From positions 124,310,001 through 124,374,000 of the forward strand of contig OZ024743.1 in assembly GCA_964016885.1 (NCBI GenBank): a stretch of DNA of 64,000 nucleotides. Direction: 5' to 3'. Source of the DNA: Eledone cirrhosa (taxonomy: Eukaryota). Position 1 is the stretch's first letter, and the number at the start of each line of letters is the position of its first letter. Below are positions 38,149 through 51,784 of this stretch, one piece after another. A program made the translations under genes and the position numbers. Below the pieces are notes generated by a model, which was not told the DNA's origin, did not search any database, and saw nothing but the letters and a program-made list of their open reading frames with translations.

Positions 38149-38703
38149 GAAAGATTTGAATGGATACAGTTTAGTTGAAAGGAATTTATTGACACGTGTT
38201 TCTATAACAGTTACATAACCTAAAACAGCGATCAAAAGTTTACCCTAAAATGGGAAAAATTAGCTAAAACCCAAAGCTTTTCCAGGAGCCAAAATTTCTG
38301 CAAATTGTGTAATCTTGAGATTTATTACATAATCACACACAAGAAGAAACTGCTGAATAACAGAATTGAACGAACATTATTCTGCCGTCACAGAACTAAA
38401 ACCCTTTTTTCCCACTACAAGCCGAATATTACATAAAAGAGGGACATCCCCCAACTATATAAACCTTAATCTAGTTAGAAAAATATAAAAACAATCTCTT
38501 CTCAACATATATTAATAACCTTAAATTACCACACTAATAATGGAAAGATATGCTGATGAGAATAGGTACAAATATGCGATAATGAATGTGTCTAAAAACG
38601 TCCATAAGTATGTATATATATGTGAAAATGTATATAAATAAGTAAATATATATATATGTTTGATGTGTATAGTTAGATGTAAGTGTATTCATGTATTAAA
38701 GTG

Positions 38704-38790
<87 letters not shown>

Positions 38791-39613
38791 ATATGTGTAT
38801 ATGGATGTGTATGTATGTGTATGTGTGTACACATGGACTAGAGTATGTATGTATATATGTGTGTGTCTATACGTGTGTATATAAAGATAAGTTGAGTATG
38901 AAAATGTATACACATGAGCGCGTATGTATGTACATGAATACATGTGTGTATATATATGTGTATGCATGTGTATATATATGTAAGTATGAATATGTGAATT
39001 GTGAGTATATGTATTTTGTAGAGGTGTGCAAATATATTTGTTTGTGAATGCGTAGGTGAAAGGATACGTACACTTGAAAGAAAAATTTAAGTCTGAATGT
39101 TAATTAAGTGCAAACACAAAACCAACCACGCATATCTTTACTATCTCTAATCCTTCTATAGATTTAGAAAAATAACCAATAATATATTCTATAAAAAATG
39201 TCAAAACAACAGATGGGAATCTAATTACTCACTGCCACCAAGAATTCTCACTGCTATTGAAAAACCACCCCTTCAACTATTCTTCTAACAACTTCACCCC
39301 TCCCTCCTAATATTCTCTATAAAAACTAAATAGGTCCTCAGTAATATTATTCTGATGAAATGACAGTAAATAATAACATTGAAATATTGAATGTCTGCAT
39401 AACTAAAAGTTTGTAGATAGCAGCTGTTTTAGGTTATGTAACTGTTATAGAAACACGTGTCAATAAATTCCTTTCAACTAAACTGTATCCATTCAAATCT
39501 TTCTATTTTTCTCCGGATTACTTTTGGAACTACAACTGGAACCGTCGAGCAAACTCTACGTGAGCTGATAATCTACTGTGTGTAATATTTATATTACAAC
39601 ACAACGGAAAATA

Positions 39614-39616
<3 letters not shown>
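38149..39616 (+). mobile_element. Penelope-like element, 5'-truncated, with inverted 81-bp end
   Basis: GIY-YIG C-terminus at 38230-38436; near-identical to 57569-58805; 38149-38229 is inverted to 39423-39503. Confidence 0.9.
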
Positions 39617-39647
<31 letters not shown>

Positions 39648-39651
<4 letters not shown>

Positions 39652-39825
39652 ATGTTTGATCCCGACGGCAGAGCTCAAGCCGTTTCGACGGCTATGTCCA
39701 GAAATAGCCGTCGAAACGGCTTGAGCTCTGCCGTCGTGGTCAAACACATTTTCCTATTACCCACTCTACTACCCTAAGTATTGGTGCGTTATGGTCCATC
39801 TGGTTCCTTACCACACCTCCTTCGT
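39648..39825 (+). mobile_element. PLE-derived foldback+tail mini-element
   Basis: Hairpin 39648-39753 plus a tail shared with the copies at 8489 and 51472. Confidence 0.78.
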
Positions 39826-39860
<35 letters not shown>

Positions 39861-40354
39861 ATATGTATGTATGTGTGCGTGCGTGTATGATAGGCTTAAA
39901 TACTATATTTACAAACGTGACATAAAGTCGGATAAAAACTGGATTTAACTGCCTACGGAAATCGAACTTCGTACCTGTTGTCTACTGGACAACTACATTA
40001 CCATTACTCCAAAACAACTTAACATATTCTTACCATACTATTAATGTATGTGGATGTTTAACAGTAAAACTACAATAGTAAAAATGTGTTTAGTGATCAT
40101 ACCTAAATTTGAAAACATTTTAATCGTTAATATTATATTATATTTATTATGGGCTCATCTTAGACAGCACGGAAGGGTTGAGTGTAAGATTGGGCTATGT
40201 TTGACAAGATGGTGACTTTTCCACTGATCGTTTGACTTTTCTACTGATGGTTAAATGGCTTTTTCCAAATCAGTGAAGTTCGTGAGATACAAGAGAAGGT
40301 AAAGAATCGAAGTGTTCCAGTTAGATATTTAAATACACAACTTTGAAGTTGTCA

Positions 40355-40590
40355 GGTAATAGTGTAATGGTAACGCGGTGGTCTGTCTTACAACACATAC
40401 GTGGTTCGATTCCTGTAAGAAGACCCGCAGGAAAATTGTGATGCAATCCTCTCAGACTAACTCTGCCGGTGGTTACACTTACGAAGGAAAATCGGCGGCG
40501 TCCAAACTACATTTAACGATATTGTCGAGAGCAGAGTTGCCCATAGATTGAGAGACCAAGCCTGAGTGAAACGCCAAACCGGAGATAGTC
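40355..40590 (+). mobile_element. degraded tRNA-headed SINE-like sequence (a second, divergent head at ~39945-40010 on -)
   Basis: tagtgtaatgg A box and ggttcgattcc B box; no valid cloverleaf. Confidence 0.4.
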
Positions 40591-42548
40591 ATTATTCAGA
40601 TGGGTACCAGTTGACCACGTTGAAACATGTTAGACGGTACGGGTCACGCAGGTGTTCAATTCTATCCGAGACTTTTCGCATTGTGTGGCACCCTAGTTGC
40701 ATTAGTTTCATGGAACTTCCTCAAGATGATAGCTGAGTCGAGGTCCAAGTAACACAGAAGGTTATGCATGCCCTAATCGTGGTAGGTCCTCGTTGATAAG
40801 AACATGGTAAGAAGCCAGTGAGGATAGAAGTACCGATAGTTATTTCGAAAATGTTCTGTTGTTATATTGACGAGCTGCCAGTGACGATTTGAGTCCATCC
40901 TCAGATCGGCTAATTCCGATGCCACACAACGTAACTATTTTCTCGACCTATCAACTAGCACAACAGCTTGTCCATTCGCCTATAGGAAGCGCAATGAAAA
41001 CTTAAAATATATCAATAAGAAATCTATCTGCATGTAATTTAATGAAATGCCTGTTAATATATATAGATACTTTGTGTTTTTACAGCCCTGTGTTTGTGTT
41101 GTTATTTATTTAACTATATATATATAGTTACTTGAGTGAGATTTCGTATTACGATTGGATGATCCCTCTATGTAAGAAGACGCACATACAACTTTCGATT
41201 AAAAAAAATACCCACCTTTAATATCGATGAAGTAATTAGTAATATTAAACATCTGAATATTGTGTCCACGCACTAAGTCATGTAGAATCAATCCCTAGTG
41301 GCAGATATGAACACACGATACATTCAGAAGAGGTGGAAAGAGTCGAGTGAAGTAAATATGAATATACAGCAGGATGAATGAACTGACATTAATGGAGTGA
41401 ACAATATGAGAGGAAGTGAAGAGGTTTGAATCTTAAACAAGTGACCTTGTAGTATTGTGTAAAAGCAATTTTATTTTAATATCCTACAATGACACCGTAA
41501 CTAGAAGAATTTGTATTAGTATAAATCGTGGAAGTAGGAACAGAGTATTTATTGTGAGTTGATTTCTTAAACTTGATACTTTAAATAAAACTTTTATTGC
41601 TTCATAATCGTAGAATGACATTGTAGCCAAAGGTTATTATGTAGGAAATAGTAGGAAATGGTCTGGTTGCGGAGGTAGGAACAGAGTATTATTTAATGAA
41701 TTAGTCAGAGGAAGAAATGCAGTGCACATTTTTTAATTGCCTCCGAAACTGGTGGGGGAAGTGGGGAGGAAATAATCGTCAGACCGGAGACATAACCTGA
41801 ATTCATGTAACAGAGTGGACTCCGTTAAAGGTATTGAAGGGACAGGTGGTTGCTACAGAAATCTAACAACGACTACTTCTCATATTTTCACACATTCAGC
41901 TACCGAAATCAAATGGCCAGCAATCTGCCAATTACTCCTGTCACCACAATACTCGTATGAAAAGACTTTCAAAACTTAAAAACATCCCAGTGGAACCACA
42001 TTAACCACAATAGGTTTTTGGTTTACTGTTTAGTCAGGGAGGCAAGGGTGTTACCCATGACCATCTTCAGTGTTTCCGAGACTAATGCGTGTGAAGGAAG
42101 ATGTTCTCACACAAAAGACTTAGTCCGAATGTTTGCAACACAATATAGCGCGCTAAACGTACTTAAGGATTAAGTGATGATGTTAAACCAGACAACGAAT
42201 AAAATAGATTACCATGGGATTTGAGCTCAGAATGCAAAGAACCAAAACAAATACCACAAGGTATCACGTCTGGCATTCTAACAATTCCATCAATCCCCAG
42301 CTCTGAACTTTCACTTTATTTGATCGAGTCCGAAAGATGAAAAGCAAATTTGATCTCAATGTGATTTGAACTGAAATATAAAGTGTTAGAACAAATACTG
42401 CAACAAATACTGTCCAACGGAACACAGCACAAATTATAGCAGACCTATCAACTCTCTCCGTCCAACGGGGAGATCTCCCACTCACTTTGGGGTGGGTGAG
42501 AGATGTCTTCTCTTGTGAAAATGGGTATAGCTTTCATTATGTACAATC

Positions 42549-42732
42549 GTGGATTAGCAGTATCGGTAGAGGGTCGGACGCCATGCTTTCCAGCATAGTT
42601 ACGTCCCTTTACGATCTGAGTTCAAATCCCGCCGAGGTTGACTTTGCCTTTCATCCTTACGGGGTCGATAAAATAAAGTACCAGTAATGCACTGGAAAAT
42701 TGCTGGCCTTGTGCCTAAAGTAGAAACAATTA
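42549..42732 (+). mobile_element. SINE family B
   Basis: Near-identical to 14013-14193. Confidence 0.9.
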
Positions 42733-43008
42733 TGTACAATCTCCTCCATTTTGCCTCGTTTCTCCCTGTTTTGGGGCACATTTTTTCATGGTACTTCGCC
42801 GTTTGGGTTTTTAGAGATTGGCAGGTCTGTTATAGTATTGAATCTATGAAATCTATGTATTTCAGTGTTTATGTTGGTGATTTCACCAGCATAAACACTG
42901 CAGTATATAGATTCAACAACATAATTATAGGCGTTTTCAAAAATATCTCCCATATGACAACATGTAAAATACAACCCCAAATATGTTACTGAAAGAGTCA
43001 GTCTGATA

Positions 43009-43220
43009 CAGTGGCGTGCAGACCTCTGGTGATGCCCGGGGCAAATTTTGATTATATGTCTCAAAGACTCAAGTATAAGTCATAATGTACTGAGAAATAT
43101 TATGAGAAAGGAAAACATTTTGAATATATAAACACAGATGAAACATGAAATAAACGCTTTATTCGATTATGATATAAAGCAATCAGATTTATTAAGTTCT
43201 TTTCCCCAAATGACGCCCCC
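43009..43220. mobile_element. hAT-like MITE, truncated copy of 115-388
   Basis: Direct homology over about 210 bp. Confidence 0.65.
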
Positions 43221-44374
43221 ACATAAAGAAAATTACTAAGGCTGCATTTTTCACTACACTGTCCACACTTACCCACGCCAAATTATGTTACAGATCATAA
43301 GACCATATGGTTCCCTCCCACGCTTTGAATATTTCCAACATGCTGCTATGGAGTTTAGTGATTTATTTGTTGATCAAAGGAAATTATATATTTAATTTTA
43401 CAAATTTGTATACAACTGATATCCTTTAAGGTTTAGTAATACACCTCTCTCAAGTCTGTGACACAGGAAACTGGTAACATCAGCTCTGAACGTCATACTA
43501 ACAACTTTAAATAACATAACTTTCATACCGACAGCAAGTAAACGCCAGAATCAAACGTGTTTTGAAAAACACCCAGTAGAAACCATACAAAGAAGACAGG
43601 AATATAAAATACCAAATATGTACCTTCTAGCCAGTACTGGATTTAGGACAAATAAGCCCTGTGCTAGTTAAGTTATGAGGTCCTTTACTTGGACCCTTAA
43701 GGAGGTAAACATTTTTTTTTACAAGAAGATTTACCAGTGTTTAATACGACTTACACAAGAAAAGAACCAGTAAACTATAAATACAAACGCACCTTTGATG
43801 CTTTAATTATTTTTTAATGGGAAGGATAGGTTAGGTGGACACGGAAAAAAAAAAATCACGAATATTAGGTTACAGGCTTCATTAAAAATATAATTGTTTT
43901 TTTCAGTCAGATACTGCACGCCTACTAGGTGTACGATATCTGACATCTAGTCTACATGATCCAGCGATTTCTTTTGTTTCCTACCCCAAAAAGGATTAAT
44001 AAATGCTAACTAGTACACTTAATCCTTGAGCTTTTATTCATCACACAAATTTTAGTCTATATGGACCATTTTGAGAAGCCCTGTTCTTTAGCACGCGAGT
44101 ACACATCTTAAAAGGAAGAAACACACATTAGATAATGCAATCATAGAATCAGCATGGCCAGAACGCCTTTAAACACAGTTGAGGTAAACTCTTCGATTAG
44201 CAGCAGCTCGTATCAACACTACGGGATTCCTGGAATCTAGAAACAGTTTAAATTCACGCAATTTCAAAATGCAACAAATTCCCAAATGAAATAGCATCAC
44301 AGACCTATGACATACCTGTGTAAATTACTGGTACGTTAACAGAGTTCGGTTTCACTATGGGCAGTTAAAGCAGG

Positions 44375-44428
44375 TAGTCGGTTGCTGATGAAAGACAAAC
44401 AAAGGATTGAAAGAAATCCGGCTGATTA
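44375..44428 (+). ncRNA. degenerate type I hammerhead-like motif
   Basis: 10-bp stem I tagtcggttg/cggctgatta, CUGAUGA, GAAA and AUC; stems II and III are weak. Confidence 0.45.
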
Positions 44429-44513
44429 CTTTTTTCTTCTGTTTACGAAGATATTGTATATACAATGCAAGTGTTAGCTGAAGATCTGTAGATATATTCT
44501 GCAGTACAGAATA

Positions 44514-44571
<58 letters not shown>

Positions 44572-45539
44572 TACACTAACACCACGCTCCGCTATCAAAA
44601 CCTATACTGACCCAATCCAACACTGAAATCATTGATTGGCTTATTAGAAACTTATAACCAGCCAACGAACCGACAATCTCGAGAAGGAAAGAAGCGAATT
44701 TGTGTGTCCAGCTAATAAGTAATCAAGTAAATACGACTATATATAGACCAACATTAAACAATACGAAAGAGCTGAGCGAGAACAAAAAAAGAACATTAAT
44801 GATATCAGAAAGAAGCAATTAAAGGTGAAATGAAACAGTAAATCTTTATTTAATAAAGCACATTCAACTAAAGGTTAACATGGCTACAATCTAACATAGA
44901 ACGAACGAAACAACTGAGCATAAACCGAAATTGGGAAATTAAAAAGGGATAGCAGAAAATAAACAGGTGACAGTAAACCCTACTCGGTCTCTTATATTAC
45001 CTAACTAACAGACAAAAGTATAAAATAAATACTGAAATATCCACTTACGTGAACCATGTCTCTGCAAGTTCAGTGCTACCTACAAAGTATTGTTGAGTAG
45101 ACTGCATGCGCCCCCGTCCGGAAGTGGTGGAAGTCAGGGTCACTAACTCTGTCAGCTTCCGCTCATTACATCAAATCATCTGTCATTCATCAAGCCTCCT
45201 ATCAACAGCCATTGCATGCTGTCATGCCAAGCCTCGCTGTCAAATGACTCCGTCAGCCATTGCACTCATGACATTAACTACGTACTTCTTTCAGTAAAGC
45301 TCAGCTAACCTAAACTATTTCCTGCCTATTCAGACATAAATGAATATGAAAGATATCAAACATTTGTGACTGACTAACTAAAGCTGAGAAATGAAACAAA
45401 TAATAGAATTAACAGTTTAATAGTAACCTTAATATTACACACAACTACCTAAAGAAACCCTTTCTCTCACCTCTTCGTTCCTGACCCTTAACCATTCGCT
45501 ACTTAATTACAATCCCGAAATAACTCCGAAACTTCTTAT

Positions 45540-47300
45540 AATCTATTTTTTCATGTCAATGTTACAACAAAAGCGCCGTACTAACATTTTTTATCTCTGT
45601 TTAACCATGTGCGTTAACAGCCTTCTAACCTTCTCCACAAAAAATCTTAACCTGGTTACTAATTCTACTGAAAGTTAATATTTGACTAGAAAACACGTTA
45701 TGAGGCAAAGGGCATTCAAGCTACCATAAAACTAAAATCCCTAGTCTTATTGTAAACCTCCGTCACTTCAGACCATTCGTTCCTTTCGATAGTGACATCT
45801 AAATAGCTACCTCTATTTACATCGCAACCATTTCTGTTTGCTTCCAAACTATCAGGAAAAAGTTTATGTAGTAAGCCTTCGGAGTGTCTGTAGTTCGGAA
45901 CAAAAATATCATCACCCATCCAACTGCTGAATGAGGCCTATTTTTCTTAGCTTCCTCAATCCTTCTAGATTACTGTCAGCAGCGATTTGCGTTGGACAAA
46001 GCACGTCTCTAAGATTGTCAAGAAGACCGAGGGTGTCTTGGCATCACTCAGCAAGACCTTTGTTAGCCGCTCTCCAGCTATCTATTTAAAGCTGTATACA
46101 TCTATGGTACGACCACACTTGGAATTCGCATCATCAGTCTGGAACCCCTATCTTGCTCAGAACATTGACCTCCTGGAAACTGTTCAGAGACGTGCAACCA
46201 AGCGCATACCCTCCATCAGACACCTACCATACTCTGAACGCCTTGCTTCCCTGGGCATGGATTCATTGAAACTCCGACGTCTGGCAATGGACTTGGTAAA
46301 CACCCACAAAGTTATTAACCATCTCGCCAACAACAACCCTGAGCACCTTTTTGATCTCCATGTGTCTATCTAACACACGTGGACATGCCTACAAAATCAG
46401 AAAACAGCACAGCTCCCATGACTTTCGGAAACATTTTTTCACGCTTAGAGTTGCTGAAGCATGGAACAAACTGCCTGCGTCAGTTGTTAGCTGCCGAGAC
46501 ACTGCATCCTTTAAAATCCTCATGCTTCCCGAAATTCGCCAAAGCTACACCTGATGTACCCCTTCCATACACATGCACTCATGTGTATATCATGACTCAT
46601 GCACTGTTCATTTTCCTGACGTTTGTACATTACCCTATGTACTATACATACACTTTTGTCGAGTTGTAGTGCACCTGAGCACTGTACACGATATTTTCAT
46701 TATTATTATTATTTTATATTTATTATAAACACGCAAGAGTTAACTATAGTTACCGCCCATTGGTATACCTCTGGCCTGCTTGAACAAATTACTTGAAAAT
46801 GTATCATATGTATTATTAACTTTGAAGCCGGCCGCCTTTTTCAGCCTAACCTTTATCCAATTAGTGTACCCATTACACCTTATCCTAAATATGAAGCCCT
46901 TCCCACTCTTAAATGAAACCTATCTATAATTATGTCCGAAAACCAAGTCACTTATTTTACCAGCCCTTCTTCAACCAACTCCAACTCCAAACTAGTATAA
47001 AAGGTAAAGAAATCGTAAATGTACATAGTTCTTATCACCTGCATTGTACTTAATCTAACCCCAAAACTCAGCACTCGATCATATACTCCATATCATATTC
47101 ATGCTACTACTGCTATAAATCGCATCACAATATTTTACAAAGCCCTCGTTAACCAATATAGCCACCTGTACATTCATGCTTTTTCTGGCTCTCGTTACAA
47201 ATCTACATTCATACAGTGTCTTATGTAATTTCGGAATCCAGAAAATTTTGAAAATACACCGGTTTTCCTTATCTACAACCACTCAAACCCTCCACTTCAA
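45540..47300 (-). mobile_element. old Penelope-like RT remnant interrupted by CR1
   Basis: FWIPKLHK..RF (47079-47282), GIPMG (~46760) and DDI...SYLDV...YNKTRDF (45716-45919). Confidence 0.8.
45968..46713 (+). mobile_element. CR1 LINE 3' fragment
   Basis: Near-identical to 20150-20890; (ATT)n tail. Confidence 0.95.
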
Positions 47301-47849
47301 GCATAAGCCTTTCAATCAGTGAACCGCTATTCCCCGACACTAACTTATAAGTCCCATTACCACTAGTTATAATTATGATCACCTCTTAAAACTAAAATTT
47401 GTTTATTGTATATATGAAAGATACATTACGAGAGACAACACACGTACACATACTTACACTTGCAGAAATACCACCCAGGGTGGTATATCTGCTCTTATTG
47501 AATAAAAAAAAAGGTGAAGGGCTCTTGACCCCTGATGGAATCCTAGGGACCTTCTCCTGACATGTGGTGTGTCTTGTAGATTTTTAGCCTGGTTGAACAC
47601 ATTCCTCTCCAGGCTGGAACACAGCTGATTTCTTCCATAAGAAGAAGGAGAAAGAATCGTTTTTAGTACTGGATTAGTACTTTATTTATCGATCTCGAAG
47701 GGGTGACAGACAAAATATACGTCACTGGGATTTGAACCCAGAGGGCAGTGATCTGGAATAAATACCGAGACATTTTTATTCCGACGTCCTGATAATTGGG
47801 CTAGTTCGCCGCCTTAGCATTCAATGTGTCAATAAATCACAGCTTTGTC

Positions 47850-48010
47850 CGTATGTGGTGTATGTGGTGTGGTGCGGTGTGGTGGTGGTGTATGTGGTGA
47901 GGTGTATGTGGTGTGATGCGGTGTGGTGGTGGTGTATGTGGTGAGGTGTATGTGGTGTGGTGCGGTGTGGTGGTGGTGTATGTGGTGAGGTGTATGTGGT
48001 GTGGTGTGGT
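47850..48010. repeat. GT-rich compound repeat (~44-bp period)
   Basis: Directly visible; abuts a SINE head at 48012-48110 (-). Confidence 0.85.
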
Positions 48011-48116
48011 GCGTGAAATAAAGTGTCTTGCTCAAGGTCATAACGCATCGCCCAGTCCAGGAATCGAATTCACAACCTCAAGATTGTGAATCCAATTCTC
48101 TAATCACTCATATATA

Positions 48117-49770
48117 ATAGGGTCCTAAAATGGTCCAGCCATTTCCCCTTCCTATCCTCGGGCCCTGTTCCCTGGATCTGACTCGAACACCTTCTCTTCC
48201 TCCCTGTGATCTCGTTGATGATCATCCAGGTCTCCTTACACCCAGACCTGCCAACCGCTCTCTCCACACTTCTGATCTTCTCTATCAGTGCCTCCTCTCT
48301 GGCCTCAGTGTAAGCGGTACAGAGTTCTTTCCTCATCACTTCCACATTCTCCTTCCTCTCCTCCGTAGGATCAGCATAGAATTGGTCCTTGGCAGCTTGC
48401 AGGTGTTCTCTGGCTGCACACACTTTTGGGTCTGCATAGCTGACGTGCTTCCTTTTGTTCTTTCTCCTCGACACCAGGGTCTCACTCGATTCCGCCACGG
48501 CATTGGTGAAGTACCCGTACCTCCTCGTCACACTCTCCTCAGTCCATCCAATCTCTCTCTCCTCTGTCTCTCCACACAGAGCACTGAACCTGTTCCTCAC
48601 TTCTACTGTGAACTTCTCCTGTAGCTTATCATCTTCCTTGAAAACTCCCCAGTCGGCTGTTTGAAGAACTGGATATTGAGACAGAGCCCTTCACTAGAGA
48701 GGAGCTTCAGAGAACCAAGAAGAAGATCAAGGAGGGCAAGGCTCATGGAGAAGATGGAGTGGCATCAGAGGTGATGAAGGGGTGTGATTTTGATGATATC
48801 ATCCTGGGGTTCTGTAACCAGGCACTGGAGAAAGGAGTTGCCCCGAATCAGTGGAGGATCAGTAACATCGTCCCAGTGCCAAAGAAGGGAGATCTCTCTA
48901 ACACCAACAACTACAAGGGGATCTCACTGACGTCACTTGTGGCAAAGACCCCATCAGGATGATTCTTAACAGGATCCAGCCCGAGATGGAGAAGAAGCTC
49001 AGGGACAACGAGAACGGCTTCAGAGAGGGAAGATCAACCACCAGTCACATCCTGATACTGAGGAGGATATTAGAGGGAGCTAGAGCAAAGTGCCTTCCTG
49101 CGGTCATGGTTTTCATTGACTTTAGGATGGTCTTTGATTCTGTGGACCGTCACTGCTTGATGAAGATCTTACAGGCTTATGGAATCCCCAAGAAGATAGT
49201 GGACCTGATATCACTGCTCAAGTCATTATACCTGATGGGATGACAGAGTTCTTTGAGATACTGGCTGGAGTGCTCCAGGGAGATACATTGGCTCACTACC
49301 TTTTTATCATTGTAGTAGACTATTGTATGCGCCTTGCACTGGAGAAACACCAGGACTCTGGCTTTACTGTAACACCGGCTCAGAGCAGGAGAGTTAAGGC
49401 GAAAAAGATATCGGATGCTGAATTTGCCGACGACATAGTTTTGGTGACAAACACAGAGAAGGAGGCAGAGGATTTGATGCAGGAGCTTGAGACTGTGTCG
49501 ATAAGTGTGGGGCTGAGAATGAATGAGACTAAGACAAAATATCTGGTAGAGAATGTTGAGAACCCACAGGGGATTACTAATGTAGGCGGGAAACCTCTAG
49601 AATTGGTTGAGGACTTCCTGTATTTTGGGAGCAAAGATTGGGAATACGGAAGATGATGTGGTTGAGAGGAAGAGTAAAGCCTGGGCGGCGTGCCACAGCT
49701 TGAGATCGGTGTGGAAGTCGGACCTTCGTAAAGACCTGAAGATCCGCCTCTTCGTTGCTGTAGTGGAGTC
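48117..49770 (+). mobile_element. RTE-like LINE with inverted 5' segment (48117-48657 on -, RT 48660-49770 on +)
   Basis: Linker peptide RNRFSAL...WLDHFRTLL on -; PKKGDLS..NYKGISL, GVLQGDTLA and FADDIVL on +. Confidence 0.88.
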
Positions 49771-50289
49771 AGACCGATACTGCCAATGTGTTCCTCATTG
49801 CTTTAAAATTGAGCTTATTCTGTCGTTAGGAGTAACAATGCTAAGAAAGATGTGATTTATTTGTTAAGCAGAATATTAGAATACATGTTTTGTTTTATTG
49901 GCCTCGAAGAGAAGAAGATTATTGAAGTTTGATGAAAATTGAACCGGATGTTGTGTCAACAAGGCATTCAGCTCACTTTTCTTTGCAAACAACACTTCAA
50001 TGAGATATACGCCTCACTTTGGTGTCTAAAATGAAATCAGATATCGTTATAATTTCAACCTATATAACCTTCTGTCACTTAAACCTTGATTTAAATCACT
50101 TTAATGTTTGTAATCTAATTAGATATTTAATAAATTACTGAATTAGTATATTTTTCTTGTGCCGCTGTTTTATCATTTTGGAAGTCCCCTCTCAATTTTG
50201 TGGAAGAAAGGGCTCCCAATCTTAAATAAACTGAGCCTATACTTGCTTCTGCAACTAATAATTTTGGCAATAATTATCTCTCGACCCTC

Positions 50290-50584
50290 TAACAGGATGG
50301 AGCCACCTCCCATACAGAAAATGTCACACACGCTTGATGCAGAGACCATCTTCCGAGGTTCTGGTCAAAAGAAATGTGGCCTTCCTGTTGGCCTGATTTG
50401 AACCCTATGGTCTATCCTTGAAGAAAAATCCTGTTCAAAAGTCCATAAGACAGTCGATCATTTAAAGGCATTTTTACTGAGTGCCTGGAAAGAAATTTCA
50501 CAAGAAATGTTGTATGCTTCTGTGAAAGATGTTCGACGGGGGTTAGAGACTGTTATTGCTGCACGAGGGGGTCATTTTGAATAA
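50290..50584 (+). pseudogene. Tc1/mariner transposase C-terminal remnant
   Basis: QDGATSHT, WPSCWPDLNPM and AW..I...GGHFE* motifs. Confidence 0.8.
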
Positions 50585-50693
50585 ATTCTATACATTATAT
50601 TCTGAAGATATTTATGTATAATTACATATATGTTGCTGGTCAATAAACTCAGTAGTCTTGTTATTAAAAGCACACTCTCACGCATACAAGACC

Positions 50694-50710
50694 ACACACA
50701 CACACACACA

Positions 50711-50786
<76 letters not shown>

Positions 50787-50877
50787 TATACACATATGTA
50801 TCATAGAAACATTTTATATGGAAAGATACGTATGGAAGATAGAAAGAAGAAACAAGAATGAGCGAGAGCGAGAGAAT

Positions 50878-50956
<79 letters not shown>

Positions 50957-50990
50957 AAAGAGAGAGCGAGTGAGTGAGTGAGAGAGAGAA
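50694..50990. repeat. (CA)n and (GA)n microsatellites
   Basis: Directly visible. Confidence 0.97.
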
Positions 50991-51185
50991 GTGACAAGTT
51001 ATTATAACGTATAAAGACAGGTGTTTTGGTGACACAAACAAAATATATGTAGGTGGTTTTGACTACGTGTAATTTAGACAGGCAGATAATGTATATGGAA
51101 AGGTAGCCAATGAATTATTAGGTAGGTGGGAAACTAAACTGGAAAGGTGGCAATATTTATATACTTATATATGTACATTCACCTT

Positions 51186-51257
<72 letters not shown>

Positions 51258-51382
51258 ATATATACAGGAATACATACACACACGCACTTCCACATACATA
51301 TACATATATAATCTTAGAGTATTGGGTTGACCTATGCCTTGTGAGAGGAAATTCATAGACGGAAATTGCAGAAGCCCATCGT

Positions 51383-51471
<89 letters not shown>

Positions 51472-51475
<4 letters not shown>

Positions 51476-51607
51476 AACCAGTAAGACCCCGACGGCTGAG
51501 CTCAAGCCGTCGGGGTCTTACTGGTTCCTATTACCCACTCTACTACCCCAAGTATTGAGTACTTTGGTGCGTTATGGTCCACCTGGTTCCTTACCACATT
51601 TCCTTCG

Positions 51608-51609
<2 letters not shown>
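51472..51609 (+). mobile_element. PLE-derived foldback+tail mini-element
   Basis: Perfect 26-bp arms (51472-51530) plus the shared tail; (TA)n on both sides. Confidence 0.8.
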
Positions 51610-51671
<62 letters not shown>

Positions 51672-51784
51672 TTACATAAGTGTGTATACGTGCATGTGTG
51701 TGTATTCGTGTTTATTATTGCGTTTATGTATGTATGTATGTATGTATGTATGTATGTATGTATGTATGTATGTATGTATGTGTG

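Noticed and set aside
39347-39400. Functional hammerhead in the PLE UTR (also ~38550-38606)
   Set aside because: The first has core and stem II but no valid NUH plus stem I; the second has AAAA instead of GAAA in both copies.
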